IMG/VR virus record: IMGVR_UViG_3300035698_019136
Coordinates: 35,573-99,572 of that record
Length of the DNA stretch: 64,000 bases
Reading direction: 5' to 3' (one strand)
Source: a virus
Lineage: Duplodnaviria > Heunggongvirae > Uroviricota > Caudoviricetes
Part shown: positions 1 to 8,890 of the stretch, in pieces
Layout of the letters: each line of letters starts with the position of its first letter
Position numbering within the stretch: position 1 is the stretch's first letter
Notes under the pieces: model-generated
Databases searched by the model: none
What the model was told of the DNA's origin: nothing
What the model saw: the letters and a program-made list of their open reading frames with translations, nothing else
Made by a program: the position numbers and the translations under genes

Positions 1-169
1 ACTATGATATTTTATGGGCAAAAGGAGTAATAGAATGTTTAGGAGTAGAAGTAAATATTCTAGTTCCTAATTGGTGGTGGCAGTATAATTGTTGGTCATT
101 TGTTTGGAAGTGTTGGGGAATTGATAGCCCTCATAATACTTTTCCTGATGATGTGGTAAATAGTCCAGA

Positions 170-370
170 TTGGGAGATTATAGGAGTTTACTAATGTATA
201 GATGGTCAGATACAGAAAAGTTTTTTTCACTAAAACCAAACAGCTGGATTTGCTATTGCTGTGGATTTATTATTCCTATAAGAGAGCAATGCCCTAAATG
301 TTTTAGTGTGATGGTCGATTTACAAGGAAGGGCAACTACTGTTGTTCGTTTATCAGGAAAACTAATATAA
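170..370 (+). CDS. hypothetical small Cys-rich protein (CxxC pairs)
   Basis: ORF in six-frame track with two CxxC-like pairs. No recognisable family. Confidence 0.3.
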   Translation: MGDYRSLLMYRWSDTEKFFSLKPNSWICYCCGFIIPIREQCPKCFSVMVDLQGRATTVVRLSGKLI

Positions 371-388
371 AGAAAGGATATAAAAGAT

Positions 389-676
389 ATGCAAGTATAT
401 AGTACATCAATTCCAACATTGATTTGTTCTGTTTGTAAGAAAGAAGTAGAGTTTGGTCCTAATGACTATTATGGATATTGGAATAGAACGGAAACTTGTT
501 CTAAGGAATGTGAAAGAAAGTCTATTAAATGGGGGGAAGCTAAGAGGAAGATAGATAGTTTCTTCAGCTTTTTAACTGAGGGTCAATACAGTCTTTTAGT
601 ATTAATTGCGAGTCTCCAAAATGATTTGTATAAAGAGGCTATAATAGAAAGATTAAAGGTAGGATATAAAAAGTGA
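389..676 (+). CDS. hypothetical Cys-rich zinc-ribbon-like protein
   Basis: ORF with CSVCKK...CSKEC motifs and a preceding AG-rich RBS. Confidence 0.35.
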   Translation: MQVYSTSIPTLICSVCKKEVEFGPNDYYGYWNRTETCSKECERKSIKWGEAKRKIDSFFSFLTEGQYSLLVLIASLQNDLYKEAIIERLKVGYKK

Positions 677-1014
677 TAACAAGAAGACAGTTTATAAAGA
701 AAACAGGAGCTTTAGCTTTATTAGCTGGATTTTTTAAATTTCCTTTAGATGCAATAGCTAAAAGTAGGACTATACGAACTGCTGTTGCTCCTTCTCCCTC
801 AGCTTCTGAAAGTCCAAGTGCAAGCCCTTCAGCTTCAGTCTTACTTAGTAATAATGCACATGTAGGGGATATGATGGTTTTAGATGAATGTGGGAGGGTA
901 AGAAAATATAAAAGAACAGAGAGGAAACCGTTGTTTGGGTATGCTATTGAAGATTCTAAAATTATAAATGGGAAACCTATGGTAAAAGTTCTATTTTTGG
1001 GGGGCATAAAATGA
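673..1014 (+). CDS. twin-arginine (Tat) signal peptide protein with PSPSAS low-complexity linker
   Basis: N-terminus MITRRQFIKKTGALALLAGFF...AIA is a textbook Tat signal (RRxFIK, h-region, AxA). The ORF overlaps the next gene by ATGA. Confidence 0.45.
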   Translation: MITRRQFIKKTGALALLAGFFKFPLDAIAKSRTIRTAVAPSPSASESPSASPSASVLLSNNAHVGDMMVLDECGRVRKYKRTERKPLFGYAIEDSKIINGKPMVKVLFLGGIK

Positions 1015-1892
1015 AAAATTTTGCAGTTATTGGATTAGGTTTTATATCTCTAAGACATATTAGAGCAATTAAAGATATAGGGGGCAGAATAGTTTGTGTT
1101 TGTGATATAGATGAAAATAAAAAGAACATAGTTCCGCTTTGTTATGATATTAGGAATATCTATGGATTTGTTTTTATCCCTGCTTTTTATCAGGATTGGA
1201 AAAAGATGATGAAGAGCAGGGTATTCGAAAGAGTAGATTATGTAGTTATTCTTACTCCTAATCATCTTCATTTTGAGATGATAAAAGAAGCTAGGAAGAG
1301 AGGGAAAAAAGTTATTTGTGAAAAACCTTTGGTTACTTCCATAGATGAGTTAGCTGTTTTGGTAGATGATAATGAGATATATGCTACATTGCAACTTAGA
1401 TATGGGTGTCCGATTATAAAAAAGAATAGACATCCTAGTTTCAATGAGATTTGGATGAACATAGAAGTTCACAGGGGAGATTGGTATTATAAAAGTTGGA
1501 AGGTGAATAAGGAATTGTCTGGGGGGTTATTGTTTAATATAGGGATTCATTATTTTGATTTGCTTCTTAGTGAATTTCGGGATTTAAAGATAACAGAGAT
1601 AAGCAGATATGATAATAGAAAAATAGAAGGGATATTAGAATGTACAGAAGCAAGAATAAAGTGGAGACTTAGAATTGATGCACCTATTAGAGAACAAAAA
1701 AGAGAAATAATATTTAGAGGGAAAGAGCCTATAGATTTAACTCGTTTTAGTTATGGAAAGACTGAAGTGGAGTTTGCGAATTTACATACTAAAGTTTATG
1801 AGGATATTATGAAGGGGAAGGGGATTAGACCTAAAGATTTAATGAGGGTTACTAAATTGGCAGCTGAAATGACTGAGGAGAGCAGAAGATGA
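1011..1892 (+). CDS. Gfo/Idh/MocA-family NAD(P)-dependent oxidoreductase
   Basis: N-terminal Rossmann motif VIGLGFIS. The family motif ILTPNHLHFEMIKEARKRGKKVICEKPL (xTPNxxH...CEKPL) is also present. Confidence 0.7.
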   Translation: MKNFAVIGLGFISLRHIRAIKDIGGRIVCVCDIDENKKNIVPLCYDIRNIYGFVFIPAFYQDWKKMMKSRVFERVDYVVILTPNHLHFEMIKEARKRGKKVICEKPLVTSIDELAVLVDDNEIYATLQLRYGCPIIKKNRHPSFNEIWMNIEVHRGDWYYKSWKVNKELSGGLLFNIGIHYFDLLLSEFRDLKITEISRYDNRKIEGILECTEARIKWRLRIDAPIREQKREIIFRGKEPIDLTRFSYGKTEVEFANLHTKVYEDIMKGKGIRPKDLMRVTKLAAEMTEESRR

Positions 1893-2086
1893 TAAAATGC
1901 ATGGATTGTTTTCATTGTAAAAGAAAGAATAAAATGACTTACTGTAAGGAGGAAGGATGGTTCCCTGATATGATGGGAGGAAAATTTTCATTTCTTCCTA
2001 ATCCAGATAGTGTAATTAAAAAAGAGTTAGAAAGGTTGTTAGGAGAAGATTTTGAGTGTGGTGAATTTCTAAGTATGGATGATTAG
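1889..2086 (+). CDS. hypothetical small Cys-rich protein
   Basis: ORF with CMDCFHC...C motif, start overlapping the previous stop. Confidence 0.3.
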   Translation: MIKCMDCFHCKRKNKMTYCKEEGWFPDMMGGKFSFLPNPDSVIKKELERLLGEDFECGEFLSMDD

Positions 2087-2088
2087 TT

Positions 2089-2289
2089 ATGAAAATGATA
2101 TGTAAAAATTGTCAAGAATTATTTCCAGAGGAAGAAATGATAAAGATGTCTCAACATGATTATGAAATGAAGACACAGAAAGAAGGACAAATAATAAGCT
2201 ATTCTTTATATGATACTGCTAGATATTGCAATTATGTAGCTATTTGTGAAAATTGCTATAAAAGATTAGGCAAATGGAACAAACAATAG
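2089..2289 (+). CDS. hypothetical small Cys-rich protein
   Basis: ORF with CKNC...CENC pairs. Confidence 0.3.
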   Translation: MKMICKNCQELFPEEEMIKMSQHDYEMKTQKEGQIISYSLYDTARYCNYVAICENCYKRLGKWNKQ

Positions 2290-2416
2290 AAGAAAAAGAA
2301 GATGAAGTGGCATTTAATGTTACTCTGTATAGAGATAATGAAGAAGATGTTAAAATATGGAATAATATAGTAGAAAATATTAAAAATTTGTATGATATAG
2401 TGATGGAGAAGGTAAA

Positions 2417-3343
2417 ATGAAATTATTATTAGTTAGCGATCTACATTTAATGGGCAGAACTCCAGTTTCTAGGAAAGATAATTTTCCTGATACTCAGTAT
2501 GGAAAAATGGAAGAAATTAATGAGACAGCAGAAGCAGCTGGAGCTACAGTTCTTCAGGCAGGAGATTTTTTTGATTCTTTCAATCCTTCATTTGGGTTAG
2601 TAAGAAGATATATAGATTTACTTGCTACAGGGGATATAAATTGTTGTAATTGGGAAGTAATTTTAGGCCAGCATGATATGTATATGTGGAATCTTGATTC
2701 GGTAGATAGGACTCCTTTGGCTGTCATGGAATCAGCTGGGGCTGTGAGAATTATAAGAGATAAAAAAAGTTATAGTCATAAAAATACTATGATATATGGG
2801 TGCTCTTGGGGCCAGGAAATTCCAGAGCTAGATAAAAATTATGATGGTTGTAATATATTAGTAATACATAGAAATATAGGAGATAAAGCACTATTCCCAG
2901 GACATGAATTGATTAGCCCTAAAAGATTCCTAAATAAATTTAAGGGGTGGGATTTAGTGTTGTGTGGGGATTATCATTTTCCTTTCGAATATAAATTAGG
3001 CAATTCTTTGATAATCAATACTGGAGTTATCTGTAGGAAATCGATAGTAGAAAAGGATGTGGAACCTTCTGTGGTATTGTATGATACAGACACAGGAGAG
3101 CATGAGTGGGTCAAATTAGCTTGTGGGGACGATGTATTTAGAGAAAGGGGTGAAGTTACAGGTAAGACGTTTGTTGATGATCCTAGTATGCTTGAATTTG
3201 TAGAAGGGATTCAATTGGCAGATACTTCTGAGATATCGTTTAAAGCCAATGTATTGAGAGTTATGGAGAGAGATGTTGTACCAAAGGAAGTAAAAGAATT
3301 GGCTATAGATGTGTTGAATAATATAAAGGAACATAGGAAATAG
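2417..3343 (+). CDS. calcineurin-like metallophosphoesterase (SbcD/Mre11-like nuclease candidate)
   Basis: Motifs LLVSDLHL (D-x-H), GDFFDS (GDxxD), GQHD (GNHD-like) and GDYH in the canonical order. Confidence 0.65.
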   Translation: MKLLLVSDLHLMGRTPVSRKDNFPDTQYGKMEEINETAEAAGATVLQAGDFFDSFNPSFGLVRRYIDLLATGDINCCNWEVILGQHDMYMWNLDSVDRTPLAVMESAGAVRIIRDKKSYSHKNTMIYGCSWGQEIPELDKNYDGCNILVIHRNIGDKALFPGHELISPKRFLNKFKGWDLVLCGDYHFPFEYKLGNSLIINTGVICRKSIVEKDVEPSVVLYDTDTGEHEWVKLACGDDVFRERGEVTGKTFVDDPSMLEFVEGIQLADTSEISFKANVLRVMERDVVPKEVKELAIDVLNNIKEHRK

Positions 3344-3380
3344 ATTGTCCAGTCTATACTATATAAAAGGAGGTGATGGA

Positions 3381-3851
3381 ATGAAAAGAATTAGTTTGTT
3401 AATAGTAGCGATTTTGTTTTTGTTGGTTAGTGTTGTATCAGCTCAGATGGTTACTCTCCCTCAAGAACCTCCAATCCAGGTATCTACTCCACAAGTAGAG
3501 GATGGTTATATTGCTATAGCATGGATTGCGAATTCTGAGACTGATTTGGGCGGTTATATTGTAGGGTATTCATTAGGGGGTACTGGGTATGTTTATGGTG
3601 TTGGACAAACTTTTGATGTGGGGGATACTACTGAAGCTACCTTTGTTGATTTCCCTCCAGCAGTTTGGGCATTGATGGCAATTGCAGAACAAGAGGTATG
3701 GATAGCGTTGTATGCATATGATCAAGCCGCAGGTATTCCCGATAGTACATATCAAGATGGAGATAATATTAGTGGGGCTAGTGATTCAGTATCCATTTAT
3801 TTTTTCGTAGACCAAGCACCCCTTGCTACGCAAGGAGTGTATACAAAGTAA
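3381..3851 (+). CDS. secreted protein with N-terminal signal peptide (FN3-like)
   Basis: In-frame ATG at 3381 is preceded by AAGGAGG. The start MKRISLLIVAILFLLVSVVSAQ is signal-peptide-like. The six-frame ORF begins at 3345. Confidence 0.45.
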   Translation: MKRISLLIVAILFLLVSVVSAQMVTLPQEPPIQVSTPQVEDGYIAIAWIANSETDLGGYIVGYSLGGTGYVYGVGQTFDVGDTTEATFVDFPPAVWALMAIAEQEVWIALYAYDQAAGIPDSTYQDGDNISGASDSVSIYFFVDQAPLATQGVYTK

Positions 3852-3934
3852 TTGGATTAATGTGCGACTTTTTCAAAAAATGTTTTGGTAAATAAAATTA
3901 GACTGGACAATCTAAATTTTAATAGGGGGAAGTA

Positions 3935-4195
3935 ATGAGTGAAAAGGATTTAAAAAGAATAGAGAGAGATATAAAAGTAATAAAGGAAGAGACGGCAGAA
4001 AAGAAGCAGAGTAGAGATAAGTTGAAGGGTAAATTACAAGCACTTATGGATAGATTGGAAAATGAATTTGATTTGAAATCATTAGAGGGTGCAGACAAAG
4101 AAATTAAATATTTAGAAGAAGAATTGGAAGCATTGGAAAAGGAGTGTACTTCTAAATATAAAAGATTAATGACTAAAGTTGAGGAGATGGGATAA
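3935..4195 (+). CDS. hypothetical coiled-coil protein
   Basis: ORF with K/E-rich heptad-like sequence and a GGGGAAG RBS. Confidence 0.35.
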   Translation: MSEKDLKRIERDIKVIKEETAEKKQSRDKLKGKLQALMDRLENEFDLKSLEGADKEIKYLEEELEALEKECTSKYKRLMTKVEEMG

Positions 4196-4209
4196 ATGGG
4201 AAAATATCA

Positions 4210-4503
4210 ATGGGTTATTATTTTAGTTATAATGGCTATACATTTTTAATGGACAAAGAGTTGATAATAAATAGTGATAATTGGGTTAGTTGTATGTGGG
4301 GATATCCAACCCCAGAAAATATTGGGATACCAGAATTTGTAGTTAAAGGAATAGCAATAAAGGAGTTGGTTTATGCTGATTGGCACCCGACATGTCCCTA
4401 TGTCATTGTTAAAGATTATGAAGATAACTATTGGGGTAGTTATTTTACGGGGAGTGAAATGGTGCCGAAGGATGGATGCTTAAATGGACAAAGAACTGAT
4501 TGA
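4210..4503 (+). CDS. hypothetical protein
   Basis: ORF in track with no recognisable motif. Confidence 0.3.
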   Translation: MGYYFSYNGYTFLMDKELIINSDNWVSCMWGYPTPENIGIPEFVVKGIAIKELVYADWHPTCPYVIVKDYEDNYWGSYFTGSEMVPKDGCLNGQRTD

Positions 4504-4659
4504 GAAGTTTGAGAAAAAATTTAGCAAGTCCTTTCAATATCCGAGCAGAAGGTCATTATTAGAGTTCCTTAAAAAAGAAGGCTACGTCATAGTTAAGAAA
4601 GAGGATGCAATGCAAAATGGAGGAATGTTGACACCTAAAGAATTGGGGTTGGTGTAGCA

Positions 4660-5076
4660 ATGGACAAAAGTAAAACTCACATAGCTATGGCCGATTGTCC
4701 TGAGATCCAGGATAGGTGGGAACCTGAAGATGGGGATTGGGGATATTCTATAAGAGGTGGTGTTCAGTGTATACATGAGGGAACCATTTTATTGGGAGAG
4801 TTACTGTCAAGGCTGAAACACGATTTTATTTACCTTCCTAGCCAACGCCAGTATCAGGATATGATTAATTGGAAGACTAATTATACTATTTCTATGTGGG
4901 ATTCATCGGCAGAAGGGATAATACAAAGGTTGCATATGGAAGTAGAATTTTGTGGTGAAACTGTTTATTATTTTCTTGCCGATACAGTGGAACAACTCTG
5001 GTGTAAATTCTATATGAAGGACACTCATAACAAGACATGGAGTGGTGAAAAATGGACAAAAGTAAAACTCACATAG
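4660..5076 (+). CDS. hypothetical protein, tandem paralog A (MDKSKTHIAMADCPEIQ...)
   Basis: Shares its N-terminus (MDKSKTHIAMA-C-EIQD-WE) and C-terminus (NKTW-GEKWTK) with the next ORF. Confidence 0.4.
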   Translation: MDKSKTHIAMADCPEIQDRWEPEDGDWGYSIRGGVQCIHEGTILLGELLSRLKHDFIYLPSQRQYQDMINWKTNYTISMWDSSAEGIIQRLHMEVEFCGETVYYFLADTVEQLWCKFYMKDTHNKTWSGEKWTKVKLT

Positions 5077-5435
5077 CTATGGCCAATTGCTCTGAGATCC
5101 AGGATGGGTGGGAACTAAAGTGGGGTGATTTTGTGTGGAGGAAGGAAGAGGGTGGTGGGGTAATAGTTCTAATGACCTCTAATTATCTGGAAGATTATGG
5201 CTTCCTCCCCCGCCAAGACCAGTATTGGGATATGGTTGCAGATTCTCTCAACTGTATTCACGAAAGAGGCCATTGGTGTCAAGATTGCCATGAAGAAGTA
5301 GGTAGGTTTATGAGAAGTGATCACCCGTCGATACTTAATTTATTAATAAAAAATGATCATCTAACAAGAGAAACAGTTTTATGTGCTTTCTATATGAGAA
5401 ACAAGACATGGGACGGAGAGAAGTGGACAAAGTAA
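5052..5435 (+). CDS. hypothetical protein, tandem paralog B
   Basis: Paralog of 4660-5076. Its start codon overlaps the 3' end of paralog A. Confidence 0.4.
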   Translation: MDKSKTHIAMANCSEIQDGWELKWGDFVWRKEEGGGVIVLMTSNYLEDYGFLPRQDQYWDMVADSLNCIHERGHWCQDCHEEVGRFMRSDHPSILNLLIKNDHLTRETVLCAFYMRNKTWDGEKWTK

Positions 5436-5604
5436 CTGACATTCCTACTAAGTTGATGCTGGCATATAGAATGCGTTTGCAATATACGCCAAGACTGTTA
5501 ATCCCACAAACTATAGGGGGGATAAAACAATCCAGAGAAGAATTATGGGCAATGCGTATGAATTTATATTTATTTGATGAAAGTCATGGGGATAAAGGTA
5601 CGGT

Positions 5605-5805
5605 ATGGATAAATTCATAGAAGGGCTAGTTACACCATATATACTTATTATTCAGTATATAAGTAAAGATATTTCTTTATTAGGATGTTATCAATTAGGA
5701 TTTTTTATTGGCATAATATTGATATCATTACCAATTGTGGCATTAATTTTTTTGTTTAATTATTTAATGAATAAAATAGAATGGGATCAAAGATCTGGCA
5801 TATAG
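5605..5805 (+). CDS. small membrane protein
   Basis: Long hydrophobic stretches (ILIIQYI..., IILISLPIVALIFLF). Confidence 0.3.
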   Translation: MDKFIEGLVTPYILIIQYISKDISLLGCYQLGFFIGIILISLPIVALIFLFNYLMNKIEWDQRSGI

Positions 5806-6092
5806 GACACTCAGTTACCCTTCCTTCCTCCTTATTTAATAATTATATGAGAGAAATGGGAGATTGCACAGTAAATTCTAATAGTGAGAAATTTGTAGGA
5901 TTCCATATAACGAAAAAGTATGAGGGCAGAGTAATTTCAGATAACGATTGTATGTCTGCTTACGCTGCTTCTTTTCAGTGTCCTTATTGTAGAAAAACAG
6001 TTAGATTTATTTATGATATATATGATGGGCTACAAAAAGCAAAGGTTCGATGTGATAGGTGTGAGTCAGTTCCATATATAGTTAGTTTATAA
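5781..6092 (+). CDS. Cys-rich zinc-finger-like protein
   Basis: CPYCRK...CDRC pairs. Confidence 0.3.
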   Translation: MGSKIWHIGHSVTLPSSLFNNYMREMGDCTVNSNSEKFVGFHITKKYEGRVISDNDCMSAYAASFQCPYCRKTVRFIYDIYDGLQKAKVRCDRCESVPYIVSL

Positions 6093-6106
6093 TGGGAAGG
6101 AGAGAA

Positions 6107-6709
6107 ATGGATTTAGTTCAATGGGCTCAAAAGACTCAGGGATATGTAGAAGGTCTTGAGAAGACAATTAAAGAGCTTCATACAGATATCTTAGAATGTC
6201 AGAATCAAAGTGCTCTATATTCCCAGGTTAGGGATTTGTTTGCTTCAGTAGGGAAGGCTACTCAGGAACAGCTTATTGGGTATTTTGAGAAATTAGGAAC
6301 TTCGATGCTTCAAACTATTTATGGGGAGGAATATAGATTTGTTTTAAAATTTGAGATGAAGAGAAATAAAAGTGAATGTGCCCCCAAAGTATGGAAGGGA
6401 GATTTAGAGTTAGATTTAAAGGATGATACTGGGGTAGGTGTAGTAGATGTTCTTTCATTTGCTATGAGGTTAGCTGTTTGGTCATTAAGCAGACCGAGGA
6501 CAGAGCCTGTGTTTATATTAGATGAGCCATTTAAGTATGTATCAGAGGATAAATTAAAGTTAGTAGGGAATGCTTTGCAAGAACTAGTAGAGACATTAGG
6601 TGTACAAATTATCATGGTGTCTCATGATGAAGAATTAATAGAAGCTGCGAATACAGCTCATAGGGTAATAATACATGATGGGATAAGTGAAGTAAGGAGG
6701 GAAAGATGA
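6107..6709 (+). CDS. SMC/Rad50/ABC-type ATPase C-terminal-domain protein (orphan half)
   Basis: C-terminus carries Walker B FILDEP and the H-loop QIIMVSHD. No Walker A is present. ATG at 6107 follows GGAAGGAGAG. The six-frame ORF begins at 6092. Confidence 0.5.
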   Translation: MDLVQWAQKTQGYVEGLEKTIKELHTDILECQNQSALYSQVRDLFASVGKATQEQLIGYFEKLGTSMLQTIYGEEYRFVLKFEMKRNKSECAPKVWKGDLELDLKDDTGVGVVDVLSFAMRLAVWSLSRPRTEPVFILDEPFKYVSEDKLKLVGNALQELVETLGVQIIMVSHDEELIEAANTAHRVIIHDGISEVRRER

Positions 6710-6888
6710 TATATCAAATACTTTTTTTTCTGGTTTTTGGGGTAGGATTAGGGGGATTGGCAGCTGCTTTTACCACTGCTGATTATGCTGGGGAGAAAGC
6801 AGCTAGTTCTTGGGGATTTGTGGTTGTTACAATTTTGGGGGTTCTAGCGTTTTTTGGAGGATTTTTTAATTGTCTTATAGGAGGTTAA
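6706..6888 (+). CDS. small membrane protein
   Basis: Two hydrophobic helices; ATGA overlap with the upstream gene. Confidence 0.35.
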   Translation: MIYQILFFLVFGVGLGGLAAAFTTADYAGEKAASSWGFVVVTILGVLAFFGGFFNCLIGG

Positions 6889-6889
6889 A

Positions 6890-7135
6890 ATGAGCAAAGA
6901 AAAATATTTTAAAATTTATATAAATGAAGATGGGGATATAAGGATAAATGAATATTCTAAGGTTGAATTATTAGAATTAATCAATGAATGTGTTGAAGAT
7001 GGGGATGATATAGAATATAAAAAAACGATAAATGATAATGACCCTATGTATTGGGGCAGAAGCTGCTTGATTATAAAAGGAGAAATAATTATACCAGAAG
7101 TAAAGGAAGTAATCAAAGAATATGATATTCAGTAA
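6890..7135 (+). CDS. hypothetical protein
   Basis: ORF with RBS GGAGG upstream. Confidence 0.3.
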   Translation: MSKEKYFKIYINEDGDIRINEYSKVELLELINECVEDGDDIEYKKTINDNDPMYWGRSCLIIKGEIIIPEVKEVIKEYDIQ

Positions 7136-7145
7136 AGAGGGAAAG

Positions 7146-7580
7146 ATGAAAGAGATAGATAAAATACGTCAAATATTTGAAGATAGAAAGGAATTATTTA
7201 CAAAAAAGAATGAGAACTATGGGAATTCATTTAGAAAGACTGGGCAGATATTGAAGGTTATTTTTGAAGAGCCTGTAAAATTGGATACTGAAGATGATTA
7301 TGTGGCATTTGGTTTAATAGTAAGGAAATTAGATAAGATAGTGAGATATTGCAATCTAAGATTTACAGGGGAAAAAGACAAAGTGGGGGAATCGATAAAG
7401 GATACAATAGGAGATGATGGAGTATATTCGTTTATTTTACAAGGAGTAGAGGAGAGAAAGGAAAAGCAAATGATACCACCTATTTATAGTTGGGTATGCA
7501 GCAAAGGGCATAGGGTAGAAGGATGGGTAACTGAGTGTCCTATATGCCAGAAATTATTAAATAAGGAGGAAGGAAAATGA
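7146..7580 (+). CDS. hypothetical protein with C-terminal zinc ribbon
   Basis: C-terminal motif CSKGH...CPIC. ATG at 7146 follows GAGGGAAAG. Confidence 0.35.
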   Translation: MKEIDKIRQIFEDRKELFTKKNENYGNSFRKTGQILKVIFEEPVKLDTEDDYVAFGLIVRKLDKIVRYCNLRFTGEKDKVGESIKDTIGDDGVYSFILQGVEERKEKQMIPPIYSWVCSKGHRVEGWVTECPICQKLLNKEEGK

Positions 7581-7870
7581 GGATGACATTAAAAGAATGG
7601 AAAGAGGGGGCTAGAAAAGGTATATCAGGATATATGGTATGGGATATACTTGGGGATTGGGAAGAAGATAGAGAGAAAATAAAGGGTGTGGCATGGGCAT
7701 TCAAGGAAATGATAGAGCATACAGATCAGGATCTGTTTAAGAATGGTGTGGAATATATGGGGCAAGACGAAGGTTCTATAAAAGGATGGGAATATTTTAA
7801 AAAGATAAGTGATTTATATAAAGAATTGTTTGATGAATATGAAAATCCAGAATTGTTGGAGAAGAAATGA
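7577..7870 (+). CDS. hypothetical protein
   Basis: ORF with ATGA overlap. Confidence 0.3.
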   Translation: MRMTLKEWKEGARKGISGYMVWDILGDWEEDREKIKGVAWAFKEMIEHTDQDLFKNGVEYMGQDEGSIKGWEYFKKISDLYKELFDEYENPELLEKK

Positions 7871-8238
7871 GAAAGAAATATGAGAAAAGAAATAAAAGAA
7901 CAATAGATGTTTATAATGATTTAGCAGAAATGGCAGGCTCAAAGGTAGCTTTAGAGATGTATAGACGATTTAATGGAGAAATAGTTGTTTTTAGCCACAA
8001 AAAGCACACTTCATTTTATGAGAGTCTGGAAGAGTTGGCTGGGAAAGATATTAAAAAGGAATTCCAAGAAAAATATAAAGGAACTCAACGATATATAGGG
8101 TTTGGGATATTAGAAAGGAAAATGAGGAATGAGGAGATAAAAGAGCTTTTTGATGGAACTAATACACTTGATTTGGCTAAACGATTTAATTTGTCTTCAG
8201 CCATGATAGGAGTGGTAGTTAAAGGAAAATATGACTAG
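7867..8238 (+). CDS. putative DNA-binding protein with C-terminal helix-turn-helix
   Basis: C-terminal segment TNTLDLAKRFNLSSAMIGVV resembles an HTH. Confidence 0.3.
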   Translation: MRKKYEKRNKRTIDVYNDLAEMAGSKVALEMYRRFNGEIVVFSHKKHTSFYESLEELAGKDIKKEFQEKYKGTQRYIGFGILERKMRNEEIKELFDGTNTLDLAKRFNLSSAMIGVVVKGKYD

Positions 8239-8285
8239 AAACTATACTTTTTACTTAATTTATTGTATAATATAGGAAGAAAGTT

Positions 8286-8648
8286 ATGGAAAAACCTATT
8301 ATAGAAGTTCATGATTTAATATTAGATAAACGCAAATTTGAGTTAAAAAGTGATATTGCCAGGTGGGAAAGACTCAAGCAATATGAAGAAACACTTGAAG
8401 AATTGATGAAAGAGTTGAGAAAGAGAATAGATGATGGGAAAGCAGGAACTCCAGATGTTCAAAGAATAATTACTAATGTAAGGGCAATAGAAGATTTTAT
8501 GGATCAAAAGAAAAAAGAGATTGTAAATTCTGATACAGATTATAAGAGATTAGTAGCTTATCTGAAGTCAAAATATCCAGAAGATTTGAAGAGAATGAAG
8601 ATAAGAATAGAGGGGAATCTTACTCATAAGGGAATTATAGTGAAATAG
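8286..8648 (+). CDS. hypothetical protein (positional candidate for small terminase subunit)
   Basis: 120-aa charged protein directly upstream of the large terminase. The call is positional only. Confidence 0.25.
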   Translation: MEKPIIEVHDLILDKRKFELKSDIARWERLKQYEETLEELMKELRKRIDDGKAGTPDVQRIITNVRAIEDFMDQKKKEIVNSDTDYKRLVAYLKSKYPEDLKRMKIRIEGNLTHKGIIVK

Positions 8649-8890
8649 ATGTTATATAATAACCTAGATTATGAATGTGATTATTGTGGCAAAGCTTGTG
8701 ACGGTACAACAAGCACAGAATGTGGTGATGTGTGCTGTTCTGAAGAATGTATGATTGAATATCTTAATGATATAGTTGCAAGTAGTCGCTAAATAGAAAT
8801 AGCAGAAAAGAGAATAAAAAGTGTTATGAAAAGACTAATATAAAGGAGAGTGGATATGTACTGAAAATTACATTAGAAGCACAAAGAGGA

